DNA of 63,704 bases, the filler included. It is 5 parts of 5 records of this genome, joined end to end, with 100 filler letters (N's around TTAATTAATTAA, not from the genome) between each part and the next. Parts side by side here need not be neighbours in the genome. Positions count along the whole stretch, not along the records: positions 14,803 to 36,850 come from DRR723986_4984; 4 more parts are not named here. The stretch is one strand, 5' to 3'. The position numbers and the translations under genes are program-made. Of the stretch, positions 18,993 to 27,296 are shown in pieces. The notes beneath the pieces are model-generated. The model made no database searches. It saw only the letters and a list, made by a program, of their open reading frames with translations, and was not told where the DNA came from. Position 1 is the stretch's first letter. Every line of letters starts with the position of its first letter.

Positions 18993-19942
18993 AGGTGCTC
19001 CAGCATCGACTGCAGCACCGCCTGAGCCGCAAACACGCGATTCCCCGCCTGCTCAATCACCAGTGAGGCCGGGCTGTCAAGCACGTCATCGCCAATAACA
19101 ACATTACGCCGCACCGGCAAACAGTGCAAAACTTTAGCGGAGTTGGAATTGCGCAGTTTATGCGCATTGATCTGCCAATCACTTAACTCGGGAGCGCTGT
19201 GCCCATAGTTGTTCCATGCAGACCAGTTTTTAACATATACAAAATCAGCAGCCTCAAGCGCGGCTTCCTGATCGTGTACAATTTCAATACCTTCTGTAAA
19301 CTGCGGAGCCAGTTCAAAACCCGGCGGATGTGTTATCACCAGGTCATGTTCATATGCGCGTGCCCATTCGGCAAAAGAATTAGGCACAGCCTGCGGCAGC
19401 GCGCGCGGATGTGGCGCCCAGGTCATGACTACTTTCGGTCGTTTTCCCAGAGCAGCAGAATTCTCAGCGATAGTTAACATGTCGGCCAGCGATTGCAGAG
19501 GATGCCGCGTAGCACTTTCCAGGCTCACGAGCGGAACTCCACAGTGATCGCGGAAGGCATGCAACATTTGTTCAGCGTAGTCGGCCTCACGGTCTTTAAG
19601 CGTGGCAAAAGCACGCAAACCGATTATGTCACAGTATTCACCTAAAACTGCAGCGGCTTCGCGCACGTGTTCGGCTGCGCCGGCATCCATAACTGCGCCG
19701 TCCTGAAATTCAAGTTTCCAGCCATTTTCGTTAACATTCAGGACTATGACTTCCATTCCGAGGTTGCGCGCGGCAATTTGTGTGCTCATGCGTGTGCGCA
19801 GGCTCGGATTCATAAATATCAGCCCCAGCGTTTTTCCGCGCCCAAGTCGCTGGCGTGCATGCGGATCAAACTTTACTTCTTTGGCCAGCTCAAGCAGCTT
19901 GTTTTTATCGGGTACATCGTGTACCGCAAGGAAATTTTTCAT
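18989..19942 (-). CDS. argF: N-acyl-ornithine carbamoyltransferase (ArgF', AOTCase/SOTCase type)
   Basis: 'NPSLRT', 'EHVREAA', 'HPLQ', 'WAPHPRALPQAV', 'HCLPVRRN'; TGATG overlap with the argC stop. Confidence 0.92.
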   Translation of the reverse strand: MKNFLAVHDVPDKNKLLELAKEVKFDPHARQRLGRGKTLGLIFMNPSLRTRMSTQIAARNLGMEVIVLNVNENGWKLEFQDGAVMDAGAAEHVREAAAVLGEYCDIIGLRAFATLKDREADYAEQMLHAFRDHCGVPLVSLESATRHPLQSLADMLTIAENSAALGKRPKVVMTWAPHPRALPQAVPNSFAEWARAYEHDLVITHPPGFELAPQFTEGIEIVHDQEAALEAADFVYVKNWSAWNNYGHSAPELSDWQINAHKLRNSNSAKVLHCLPVRRNVVIGDDVLDSPASLVIEQAGNRVFAAQAVLQSMLEHL

Positions 19943-20943
19943 CAGTTGTTCTCCCAACTTCCAGCCAGCAGACCACATTCTTCCGGCAGCCGGCTTAAAA
20001 GATTCGCATTTTGCACTGCCTGACCTGCAGCACCTTTTAACAAATTGTCAATTACACTAACGATATGTACCAGGCCATCCTGCGCAGTAACATGTAACAC
20101 ACAGTTGTTCGTGTGCACTACCTGACTCAAATCCGGTTGTTTATCGATTAAGTGGATCAGAGGCCTGTCTTGATAATAATGAGCATAGATATCCTTTAGC
20201 TGTGTGTCAGACAAGTCAGCAGCGACTGTGACGGACGCCAGAATGCCACGCGTAAATGGACCGCGCATGGGCACAAAGTTAACACGCGGTGCGGTGCTCG
20301 TGGCGGCACGGGCGAGCACTGCATTCACCTCCGGCAGATGCGGGTGCGCAAATGCATTGTAGACCTGCAGGTTGTCATTGCGCCACGGAAAATGCGTAGT
20401 CGGCCGTGGCGCATATCCAGCTCCACTGGCTCCGGTAACCGCTGTGATGTTAAATGCCTCCAGTGCACTACCGGACTGCACAATCGGCAGGCAGGCAAGT
20501 AGAAGCGCACTTGCAAAACAGCCTGGATTTGCAATGTTACGGCCGCTGTATTGATCGTGCAAACTGTTAACGGGGAGCGCTTCCGGCAGACCATACAGAT
20601 ATCCCGCGGCTTCATCAGAACCGGCCCTGAAGTCACGGCTCAAGTCAATGACGCGCGTAGAGTCCGGCAAGCTCAAAGCTTCCAGAGTAGTGGCCGAGGC
20701 TCCATGCCCACGGCATAAGAACACAATGTCAACTTCACTATCCAGTGTTGCCGTGCATTGTAATTCCGTCGTTCCACGCAAACGCGGATGTACTTCAGCA
20801 AGTTTACGGCCGGCGGCACTGTTGCTTATCACGGCACGTAAACGCAGGTATGGATGCTGCAGTATTAGTCGTGCCAGTTCGCCGGCGGCATATCCGGCGG
20901 CGCCAATAATTGCAGTTGTAATTTTGTGTTTTTCGTCAGTCAT
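19942..20943 (-). CDS. argC: N-acetyl-gamma-glutamyl-phosphate reductase
   Basis: 'IIGAAGYAAGEL', 'IDLSRDFR', 'ANPGCF', 'IDNLLKGAAGQAVQN'. Confidence 0.94.
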   Translation of the reverse strand: MTDEKHKITTAIIGAAGYAAGELARLILQHPYLRLRAVISNSAAGRKLAEVHPRLRGTTELQCTATLDSEVDIVFLCRGHGASATTLEALSLPDSTRVIDLSRDFRAGSDEAAGYLYGLPEALPVNSLHDQYSGRNIANPGCFASALLLACLPIVQSGSALEAFNITAVTGASGAGYAPRPTTHFPWRNDNLQVYNAFAHPHLPEVNAVLARAATSTAPRVNFVPMRGPFTRGILASVTVAADLSDTQLKDIYAHYYQDRPLIHLIDKQPDLSQVVHTNNCVLHVTAQDGLVHIVSVIDNLLKGAAGQAVQNANLLSRLPEECGLLAGSWENN

Positions 20944-22186
20944 TTTGCACTCCCTGTACTGCATTGTCCACCTTGTGTACCAGGTGAAACAGTCCCGCCG
21001 CATTTGCAGCAATTCGTGCAAAACCGCGCACGTCTTCCCCGCTAAATCTTGTGCCGCCCTCGCCGTAGGCGCCAAATTCTGCGCGCATCAGGTCATGTGC
21101 CGAGTGAATTCCGAGCAGCTCAAAACGATGCGGCGCACAATAAACTTTAACAGTTCCACTAACGTATTTTTGTGTGTCCTTCAGGAAAACCTCCAGGTTG
21201 CGCATGGCTTCTTCCTGAAAATGCCCTTCGTGCAGCAGGGTTGCATACTGCGCCCCCAGGCTTTCTTTGAGTGCCAACTGTCGCGCAGTTAAGGTGTGTT
21301 TTTCGAGCAGGTGATGCGCTTTCAGAATGATCAACGGCGCTGCCGCCTCAAAACCAACACGTCCTTTTAAACCGACAATGCTATCACCAACATGCACTTC
21401 GCGCCCAATGCCAAAGGGCTGCGTGCGCTCCTGCAGCGCCTGGATCAACTCCACCGCTGACGCATACTCCTGGCCGTCAATGGCATGGGGCTCACCGTAT
21501 TTAAACTCAAGTGTAATGGTTTCCGGCTCAGTTTTTTGCAGCTGAGTCGGCCAGGCTTCTTCGGGCAGGGGCTCGGAGGATGTTAATGTTTCGTGGCCGC
21601 CAACACTTGTGCCCCACAGGCCTTTGTTAATCGAATAGGGCGCGCGCGACCAGTCGCCGGCATCACCGGCAGCACGCAGCGCAGCAACAGCTTCTTCGCG
21701 ACTAACTCCTCCGTCACGTACAGGTGTTAAGATTGGAATATGTGGACAGATCGTCGCCAGGGCCATGTCAAAGCGCACCTGATCATTCCCGGCACCGGTT
21801 GAACCATGCGCCACGTAATCGGCGCTTGCCTTAGCGGCAAAGCGCGCAATCGCATCCACCTGGATGGCACGTTCGGCACTGACGGACAAAGGGTAAACAT
21901 TTCCGCGCAAAGCGTTGGCAAAGATCAAGTATTTTACACAACGCGCGTAAAAGTCATCGGCACACATCAGGCTGGTATGTTTAACTGCGCCCAGTCGGTA
22001 CGCGCGGTCTTCAAGAGCTGTTAACTCGTCTGCAGAAAACCCGCCCGTATCGACAGTTACCGTGTGTACGCGATACTCTTTGGCGAGCATACGCACACAA
22101 TAGCTCGTGTCAAGACCGCCGCTGTAGGCCAGCACCAGCAAAGGTTTTAGACCTGGCTGTTGTTCGGTTGCATCTGAAGAATTCAT
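20936..22186 (-). CDS. argG: Argininosuccinate synthase
   Basis: 'LAYSGGLDTS', 'AHGSTGAGNDQVRF', 'GLKGRVGFEA'. Confidence 0.96.
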   Translation of the reverse strand: MNSSDATEQQPGLKPLLVLAYSGGLDTSYCVRMLAKEYRVHTVTVDTGGFSADELTALEDRAYRLGAVKHTSLMCADDFYARCVKYLIFANALRGNVYPLSVSAERAIQVDAIARFAAKASADYVAHGSTGAGNDQVRFDMALATICPHIPILTPVRDGGVSREEAVAALRAAGDAGDWSRAPYSINKGLWGTSVGGHETLTSSEPLPEEAWPTQLQKTEPETITLEFKYGEPHAIDGQEYASAVELIQALQERTQPFGIGREVHVGDSIVGLKGRVGFEAAAPLIILKAHHLLEKHTLTARQLALKESLGAQYATLLHEGHFQEEAMRNLEVFLKDTQKYVSGTVKVYCAPHRFELLGIHSAHDLMRAEFGAYGEGGTRFSGEDVRGFARIAANAAGLFHLVHKVDNAVQGVQND

Positions 22187-22222
22187 CGTAAAACCTTGTA
22201 TTCTGGATTGACTGTAATATTG

Positions 22223-22879
22223 TTAATCTTGATCGGAGTTGGTGGTGTCGGCCTTGCCGGCATCTGCTGGTCTGGACTTTTTGGTCTGCGACGCTGAAGC
22301 CGAAGCCGGTAAACATAACATGGCCGTGCACAGACACATTTTTCGTTCCGTGCGCTCCAGGATGTCAAAGTTCGGACAGGTTTTGCAGCCGCGCCAGAAC
22401 TCATCATCATCGGTTAACTCGGAATACGGCACCGGAAGATAACCGAGCTGCGAGTTAATCTTCATTACGGCGTGACTAGTCGTAATCCCAAACATGCGTG
22501 CGTGCGGGAACATCTTGCGCGAGTGTTCAAAAGCAAATTGTTTAATACGGCGTGCCAGCCCACTGTGTCGGAAGGCTTCGGAAACTATCAGTCCGGAGTT
22601 GGCGACGTACCGTTTGCTGCTCCAGGTTTCGATGTAACAGAAGCCGGCGGCGATTGGACTGTTAACATCTTCACCCGGCGGCGCATGTCCCAGTGCGATA
22701 ATAGCTTTGGACTCCTGCATCTTCTGCTGCACATACTCAGGAGTTCGCCGCGCAATTCCGGTTCCACGTTTTTTGGCGGCGTCGGCAATCATTGCGCAAA
22801 TGTCTTCCGCAAATTTAAAGTGCGATTCGTCGGCGGCTTGTACGGAGACCGTCCAGCTTGGCCGCAAAGGCTGCTTCAC
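22223..22879 (-). CDS. GNAT acyltransferase, probable short ArgA-type N-acylglutamate synthase
   Basis: First gene of the arg operon; 'RGTGIARR', 'ANSGLIV..FR.SGLA', and a Cys cluster 'FWRGCKTC..MCLCTAM'. Confidence 0.8.
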   Translation of the reverse strand: MKQPLRPSWTVSVQAADESHFKFAEDICAMIADAAKKRGTGIARRTPEYVQQKMQESKAIIALGHAPPGEDVNSPIAAGFCYIETWSSKRYVANSGLIVSEAFRHSGLARRIKQFAFEHSRKMFPHARMFGITTSHAVMKINSQLGYLPVPYSELTDDDEFWRGCKTCPNFDILERTERKMCLCTAMLCLPASASASQTKKSRPADAGKADTTNSDQD

Positions 22880-22981
22880 AATAGATCCAGGAGTTTCGGG
22901 ATAAAAAATGTTAAACGGAGATGGCGGCGCAAAGTGTTAAACCGGCCGCTGCATTCAAAATCAAACTGGGGAATGCGTTAT

Positions 22982-23092
22982 TTAGGCAATTCGGTTAACA
23001 CGCCTGGTGCAGGCACGCCTAATGCTTCGTCGCCTAAGTAGGGAGGCAACGCTTCGCTCTGTAAAATCGATATGGTATGCGCTTTTTTGCAT
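22982..23092 (-). CDS. Putative arginine-rich leader peptide of the arg operon (36 aa)
   Basis: Hand translation gives MQKSAYHIDFTERSVASLLRRRSIRRACTRRVNRIA*. It has 9 Arg (CGA x4, AGG x3, CGT x2) and ends about 100 nt before the first arg gene. Confidence 0.65.
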   Translation of the reverse strand: MQKSAYHIDFTERSVASLLRRRSIRRACTRRVNRIA

Positions 23093-23575
23093 CGTATCAC
23101 GCCACGGTGTTGCACCGAAGCCAGTACGAATATATGTGCTCTCTCAACCGAATCAAAATATTTCTGCTGGGGGACTTCAATTTCGGCTTGACTCTTGTCC
23201 GCTGTCACGACGCAGCCGCACGTCTCCAAAAACTTATGTTTTGCGCCTTGCCGGCCCAATCCGGTCTTTGCCGGCGGCTTTTCTTGAGCTTCTTGTTAGT
23301 CCTCGCTTGGACACTTAATGCACAGGCCATGGCATCAATGTGTTGCGGAACTACGCTGCCGGGGTCTTCAATCTCAAGTGCCTAAGGCTGTCGCAAGTAA
23401 TTGAGGCTGTGCACAAATCAGCCTGATTTCAGGCTTCCAGCCACCAACTGCGAGACTTGCGGCGGTCTAAAAAGCTGAAGGCTGATGTTTCAACAACTAA
23501 CAAAATTGGTATCAGGCCGCCCGCTAAGGGCAAGGCCCTCAAGTTAATTTCACTACTTGCACCCTTCGCTGAATA

Positions 23576-24718
23576 TTATTGCTGATCTTGCTGACCGGCT
23601 TGATCCTGGTCCTGTTGAAGGGTTTGCGCGGGGACGTGTTTTTGAGCTTCCTGATCATCTTCGCCGACAGCCCACCAACCGTTTTGCGGCGCGGTGACAG
23701 CCATGCGGCAGAATTCACTTTCGGTGTTAATGACTCCGGGGCGGCGAATGCCTTTGAGAAGCATTACATCGTACAGTTCGCGGACTTCACCTTCGTACTT
23801 TAGCCAGCCGGCAATTTCGCCCGTCGGTTCGTGAATTATTGTTATGCCACAGCTTAACTCACGCTGTGCAATTGGCAAATCACCAAAACCGGAGCTGGAT
23901 TCGCGTAGAGTGGACATGCCCACGAACAGATAGTCGCCGTGTTTTTCCAGGCCGCGCAGGAACCCGTCCACCTGTGTGATAATTTCCATGTCACCCGTTT
24001 TTGTGTTGCAGCGAACAACCTGGCCTGTTGCGGACAGTAACATGTACAATGTTTCACCAACCAGAAGTGGTGAGTGCGGCATTGGCAGATTTTCGGCCAC
24101 AACGGTATTGTTGGGAACGTCAATTAACACGCCGCCCGCAGCTTTGTTTTCACGCCATGCACCGCCGGAATTTGTACGTCCCAGCGCAGTTACAAACTGC
24201 ACATTGTCTTCATCATCCAATGCCATTCCATTTAGGTGGCAGCGATCGTCCGGCGTTAAAGCCGTGATAAAGGGCGGCGCCCAAACTGGAGCAAAACTGT
24301 AGCTTTCACCCACCAGCGCTAAACATGAAAAACGTGTATTAACGGCCAACAAACCTTTGGGTGTTAATGCAACGTCGTGAATATCCAGGTCACCAGTGTA
24401 ATAGGTAGCGCGCGGAGTGAAGAGCGCATCATAGGCGCGCGGCTTACGCGGATAGGACTGTGCCAACTGTGGAGCGTTAACAAGAATGTGAGTTTCCGTC
24501 TTGGTTGCCAGCGCAATCATATCATCACGACGCGACATTCCCATAGCACGCTGAAACGTGCGCGGCAGCTGAATTAACTTATCAGGGCCGGCAGCACTGA
24601 CGAGCAGTAATTTCCCTGATTGAAACGTGGTAATAGCCAATGAGCTTTCAAGGGCATGCAGAATCTGAGGGAATGAGGGCGAGTATGAATATGCAAATGC
24701 GTCGGGGATGACAGCCAT
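23576..24718 (-). CDS. TIGR03032/DUF4915-family protein
   Basis: 'YYTGDLDIHD', 'VNTRFSCL', 'PDDRCHLNGMA', 'MPHSP' match the family pattern as I recall it. Confidence 0.8.
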   Translation of the reverse strand: MAVIPDAFAYSYSPSFPQILHALESSLAITTFQSGKLLLVSAAGPDKLIQLPRTFQRAMGMSRRDDMIALATKTETHILVNAPQLAQSYPRKPRAYDALFTPRATYYTGDLDIHDVALTPKGLLAVNTRFSCLALVGESYSFAPVWAPPFITALTPDDRCHLNGMALDDEDNVQFVTALGRTNSGGAWRENKAAGGVLIDVPNNTVVAENLPMPHSPLLVGETLYMLLSATGQVVRCNTKTGDMEIITQVDGFLRGLEKHGDYLFVGMSTLRESSSGFGDLPIAQRELSCGITIIHEPTGEIAGWLKYEGEVRELYDVMLLKGIRRPGVINTESEFCRMAVTAPQNGWWAVGEDDQEAQKHVPAQTLQQDQDQAGQQDQQ

Positions 24719-24801
24719 GGAATTGTTACCGTTTTGAGTAAGTCAACAAAGTTAAGCTACGATAGATTAAACACTCGGCGAACACTTCAGGCGCTACGTA
24801 C

Positions 24802-26976
24802 TTAAACACGCACGTGTTGTTTTGGAGCACCTGTTTTATACGTTTCCCAAATCTGGGTATAGGCATTTTCCAGACCGGCAATCAGATTCGGCAAGTTATA
24901 CAGTTCGGAATCTGCGCGAACATCATGCAATTTTTGCCGCAAGGCAGAGTATGCTTCCGGATTGCCGGCGTAATACACCGCTTTCTCTATGTACTCTTCA
25001 TCGGTCGTACAAATGAGCTCTGGAATGCCGGCGGACTGAACAATTGAACCTGCAAGCCGCTGGGCAAACTTATCACCCAGACGCGCGAGCAGTGGAATAT
25101 TCATGAGCGCTCCTACGGCGGTAGCACCGGCGCCAAACGAGAAAGTATCGATAAACAAATCCGCCAGTGCGAAGCGCGAATTGTGCTCAGTCAGTGGCAG
25201 TTTGTCGGCAAAAATAAATCGCGCCGGATCTATATCGCGCTTTTGTGCCTCAGCACGCAGATTGGCGCTGATTGATTTTTCCTCGGTCATATCTTGCAGC
25301 CACATGACGCTGCCGGGCACTTCCTGCAGAATCCGGCACCATACATCAAAGACCGCGGGGTCAATCTTGTACGGCGCGTTGAGGTTGCAGAATACAAATG
25401 CGTCTTCGGGTAGGCCGAAGTCGGCACGTGTCATATTCTTATCACTTAAACGCATGGCGGAGCAGCCAACTGCGCTTTTTAACCAGACGAATTTCTCTTT
25501 GTAGAAGCTCTCCAGTGCAAGTGGCAAACAGACTTCATCACCAACGACGTAGTCGATCCAGTCGGCCCCCATTGTATCCAGGTAGCCCAGGTACTGAATC
25601 TGAATTGGCGCCGGTCGCAAGGCACCGATTTCAGGCCGCGAATGGGTTGTATAACCACCGAGATCTATAAGGATGTCGATACGGTCATCGTAAATGCGCT
25701 GTGCGGCCACTTCGTGTGAGTCTTTGTGGATGTCAACAAAAACATCAACGCCATTAATCACGTTGTCGCGATAGGGATTGTTGTCTTCAGGTTTAACCAG
25801 CGAGTAGGCATAGACTTCAAAGCGCTCGCGATTGTGATGCTGGTACATTTCGTGCAGAATTGTGTTAACAGCATGTGTGCGGAAATCTGGCGAGATATAG
25901 GCTATGCGGATTTTTTCACCACGTTCGCGGTCATGCTTAAACTGCAGGCGTTCGCGCAGGGCGGCTGTACGGCGCTCAATCAGCTCAGCATGTTTTTCAC
26001 CAACGCGCGGATGCACTTCCAGATCCATGTCAAAGTAGTTAAGGTGCAGAGGAGAAACACTGGGCGTGTCGTCACTTAACTCTGTCCCGATATAGTCAAC
26101 GGCAAATTGTTTAAAGACCTGGATATCATTCTCGCGGTTTTGCCAGTCGCAGAGCATCGCTCTGATAAATGTCAGGCTATAGCGCGCATGCATGTTTTCA
26201 GGATCTGCCTCCAACGCTTTTTGGTAGGCGTCCGCCGCCTGGACGGCACGCGAGAAGAAGCCGAAGATGTCTCCAATGCGTGACCATGCAGGTGCAAAGT
26301 CGGGGCGCACATCAAGCGCCTTGTGACTCCATGACATTGCAGGATCGTATTCGCCAAGCTCGAACAGAATGTTGGCGATTGCCACGTATGGTTTGGGCAG
26401 GTGTCCGGCCAGGTCGTGCGCTTTCTTAAACAGGTGCAAGGCCATTTTGAGTTCACCTTCAGCCTGGGAGACGAGGCCGAGTGAAAAGACGGGCTGCACG
26501 AAGTTGGGCTGCAGTTTTATGGCACGTGTATAACAGGCCCGCGCCTGGCCGTAGTTTTCCTTTTGGCGGAAGTAGTTCCCGAGTTTGTGCCAGGCAAAGG
26601 CAAAGTTCGGCTGCAACTCCAGGGCACGTTCCAGATGGCTCCGCGCCTCTTCTTCGCGCTTTAACTCTGTTAGGACGTTGGCAAGGTTGTAGTGTGCTTC
26701 CGGTGCGTCGGGCCGCAACTCCAGCGCCCGTTGCAGGGCGACTTCAGCTTCCGCATACTTTTTGGCTTTTTTGAGTATGGTGCCAAGATCGTTGAAGACA
26801 CCTGAATCTTTGGGCTCCAGTTCGCACGCCACAAGTATAGCATCTTCGGCACCCGCCAAATCTGACTGTTTGATGAGAAACATTGCCAGCTGGCGATGCA
26901 GAGTAGCATTTGCAGGATTACGCTGAATTTCCTGCCGTAGTTGAGCTATTGCAGCTGAGGCTGAATGTTGGGCCAT
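24802..26976 (-). CDS. TPR-containing O-GlcNAc transferase-like protein (GT41/SPINDLY family)
   Basis: N-terminal TPR array followed by 'IRIAYISPDFRTHAV', 'IDILIDLGGYT', 'RPAPIQIQYLGY', 'DLFIDT'. Confidence 0.9.
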   Translation of the reverse strand: MAQHSASAAIAQLRQEIQRNPANATLHRQLAMFLIKQSDLAGAEDAILVACELEPKDSGVFNDLGTILKKAKKYAEAEVALQRALELRPDAPEAHYNLANVLTELKREEEARSHLERALELQPNFAFAWHKLGNYFRQKENYGQARACYTRAIKLQPNFVQPVFSLGLVSQAEGELKMALHLFKKAHDLAGHLPKPYVAIANILFELGEYDPAMSWSHKALDVRPDFAPAWSRIGDIFGFFSRAVQAADAYQKALEADPENMHARYSLTFIRAMLCDWQNRENDIQVFKQFAVDYIGTELSDDTPSVSPLHLNYFDMDLEVHPRVGEKHAELIERRTAALRERLQFKHDRERGEKIRIAYISPDFRTHAVNTILHEMYQHHNRERFEVYAYSLVKPEDNNPYRDNVINGVDVFVDIHKDSHEVAAQRIYDDRIDILIDLGGYTTHSRPEIGALRPAPIQIQYLGYLDTMGADWIDYVVGDEVCLPLALESFYKEKFVWLKSAVGCSAMRLSDKNMTRADFGLPEDAFVFCNLNAPYKIDPAVFDVWCRILQEVPGSVMWLQDMTEEKSISANLRAEAQKRDIDPARFIFADKLPLTEHNSRFALADLFIDTFSFGAGATAVGALMNIPLLARLGDKFAQRLAGSIVQSAGIPELICTTDEEYIEKAVYYAGNPEAYSALRQKLHDVRADSELYNLPNLIAGLENAYTQIWETYKTGAPKQHVRV

Positions 26977-27224
26977 TGCGATTCCAGGAGATTGCGAGCA
27001 TTGAACAGAGTCCAAAGTTACAAAAAGCTGGGGACTATGGATCAGTGGAGCGTTGCATCGGCTGGCCAGTACATCCAGACTGAAGGTGTCTGCGGCACAG
27101 ATATGGCAGGCCTAACAGGGCTGCCACCTGCGTACATAGACAAGAAGCCAACTCTCCCGCATCAAGCGCCTGAATATCTACCATTGAAATTCTGCAGAAG
27201 ACATTTGCTATCAGTCAAACAAGT

Positions 27225-27258
27225 TAAGAGGCTGCCTCACTATTGAGGCAGCCTCTTA
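27225..27258 (-). terminator. Intrinsic terminator-like hairpin after the T9SS cargo gene
   Basis: Perfect 15-bp inverted repeat TAAGAGGCTGCCTCA-CTAT-TGAGGCAGCCTCTTA, followed on the minus strand by ACTTGTTT. Confidence 0.75.
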
Positions 27259-27296
27259 GCAGCGTCAAAAAATTGACTACATCAAAATTGAGTTCC

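Noticed and set aside
22978-23385. ORF-track entries 22978-23259(-), 23007-23318(+) and 23077-23385(+)
   Set aside because: They have no recognisable motifs. The region is better explained as the arg promoter/leader, with the 36-aa ORF in another frame.
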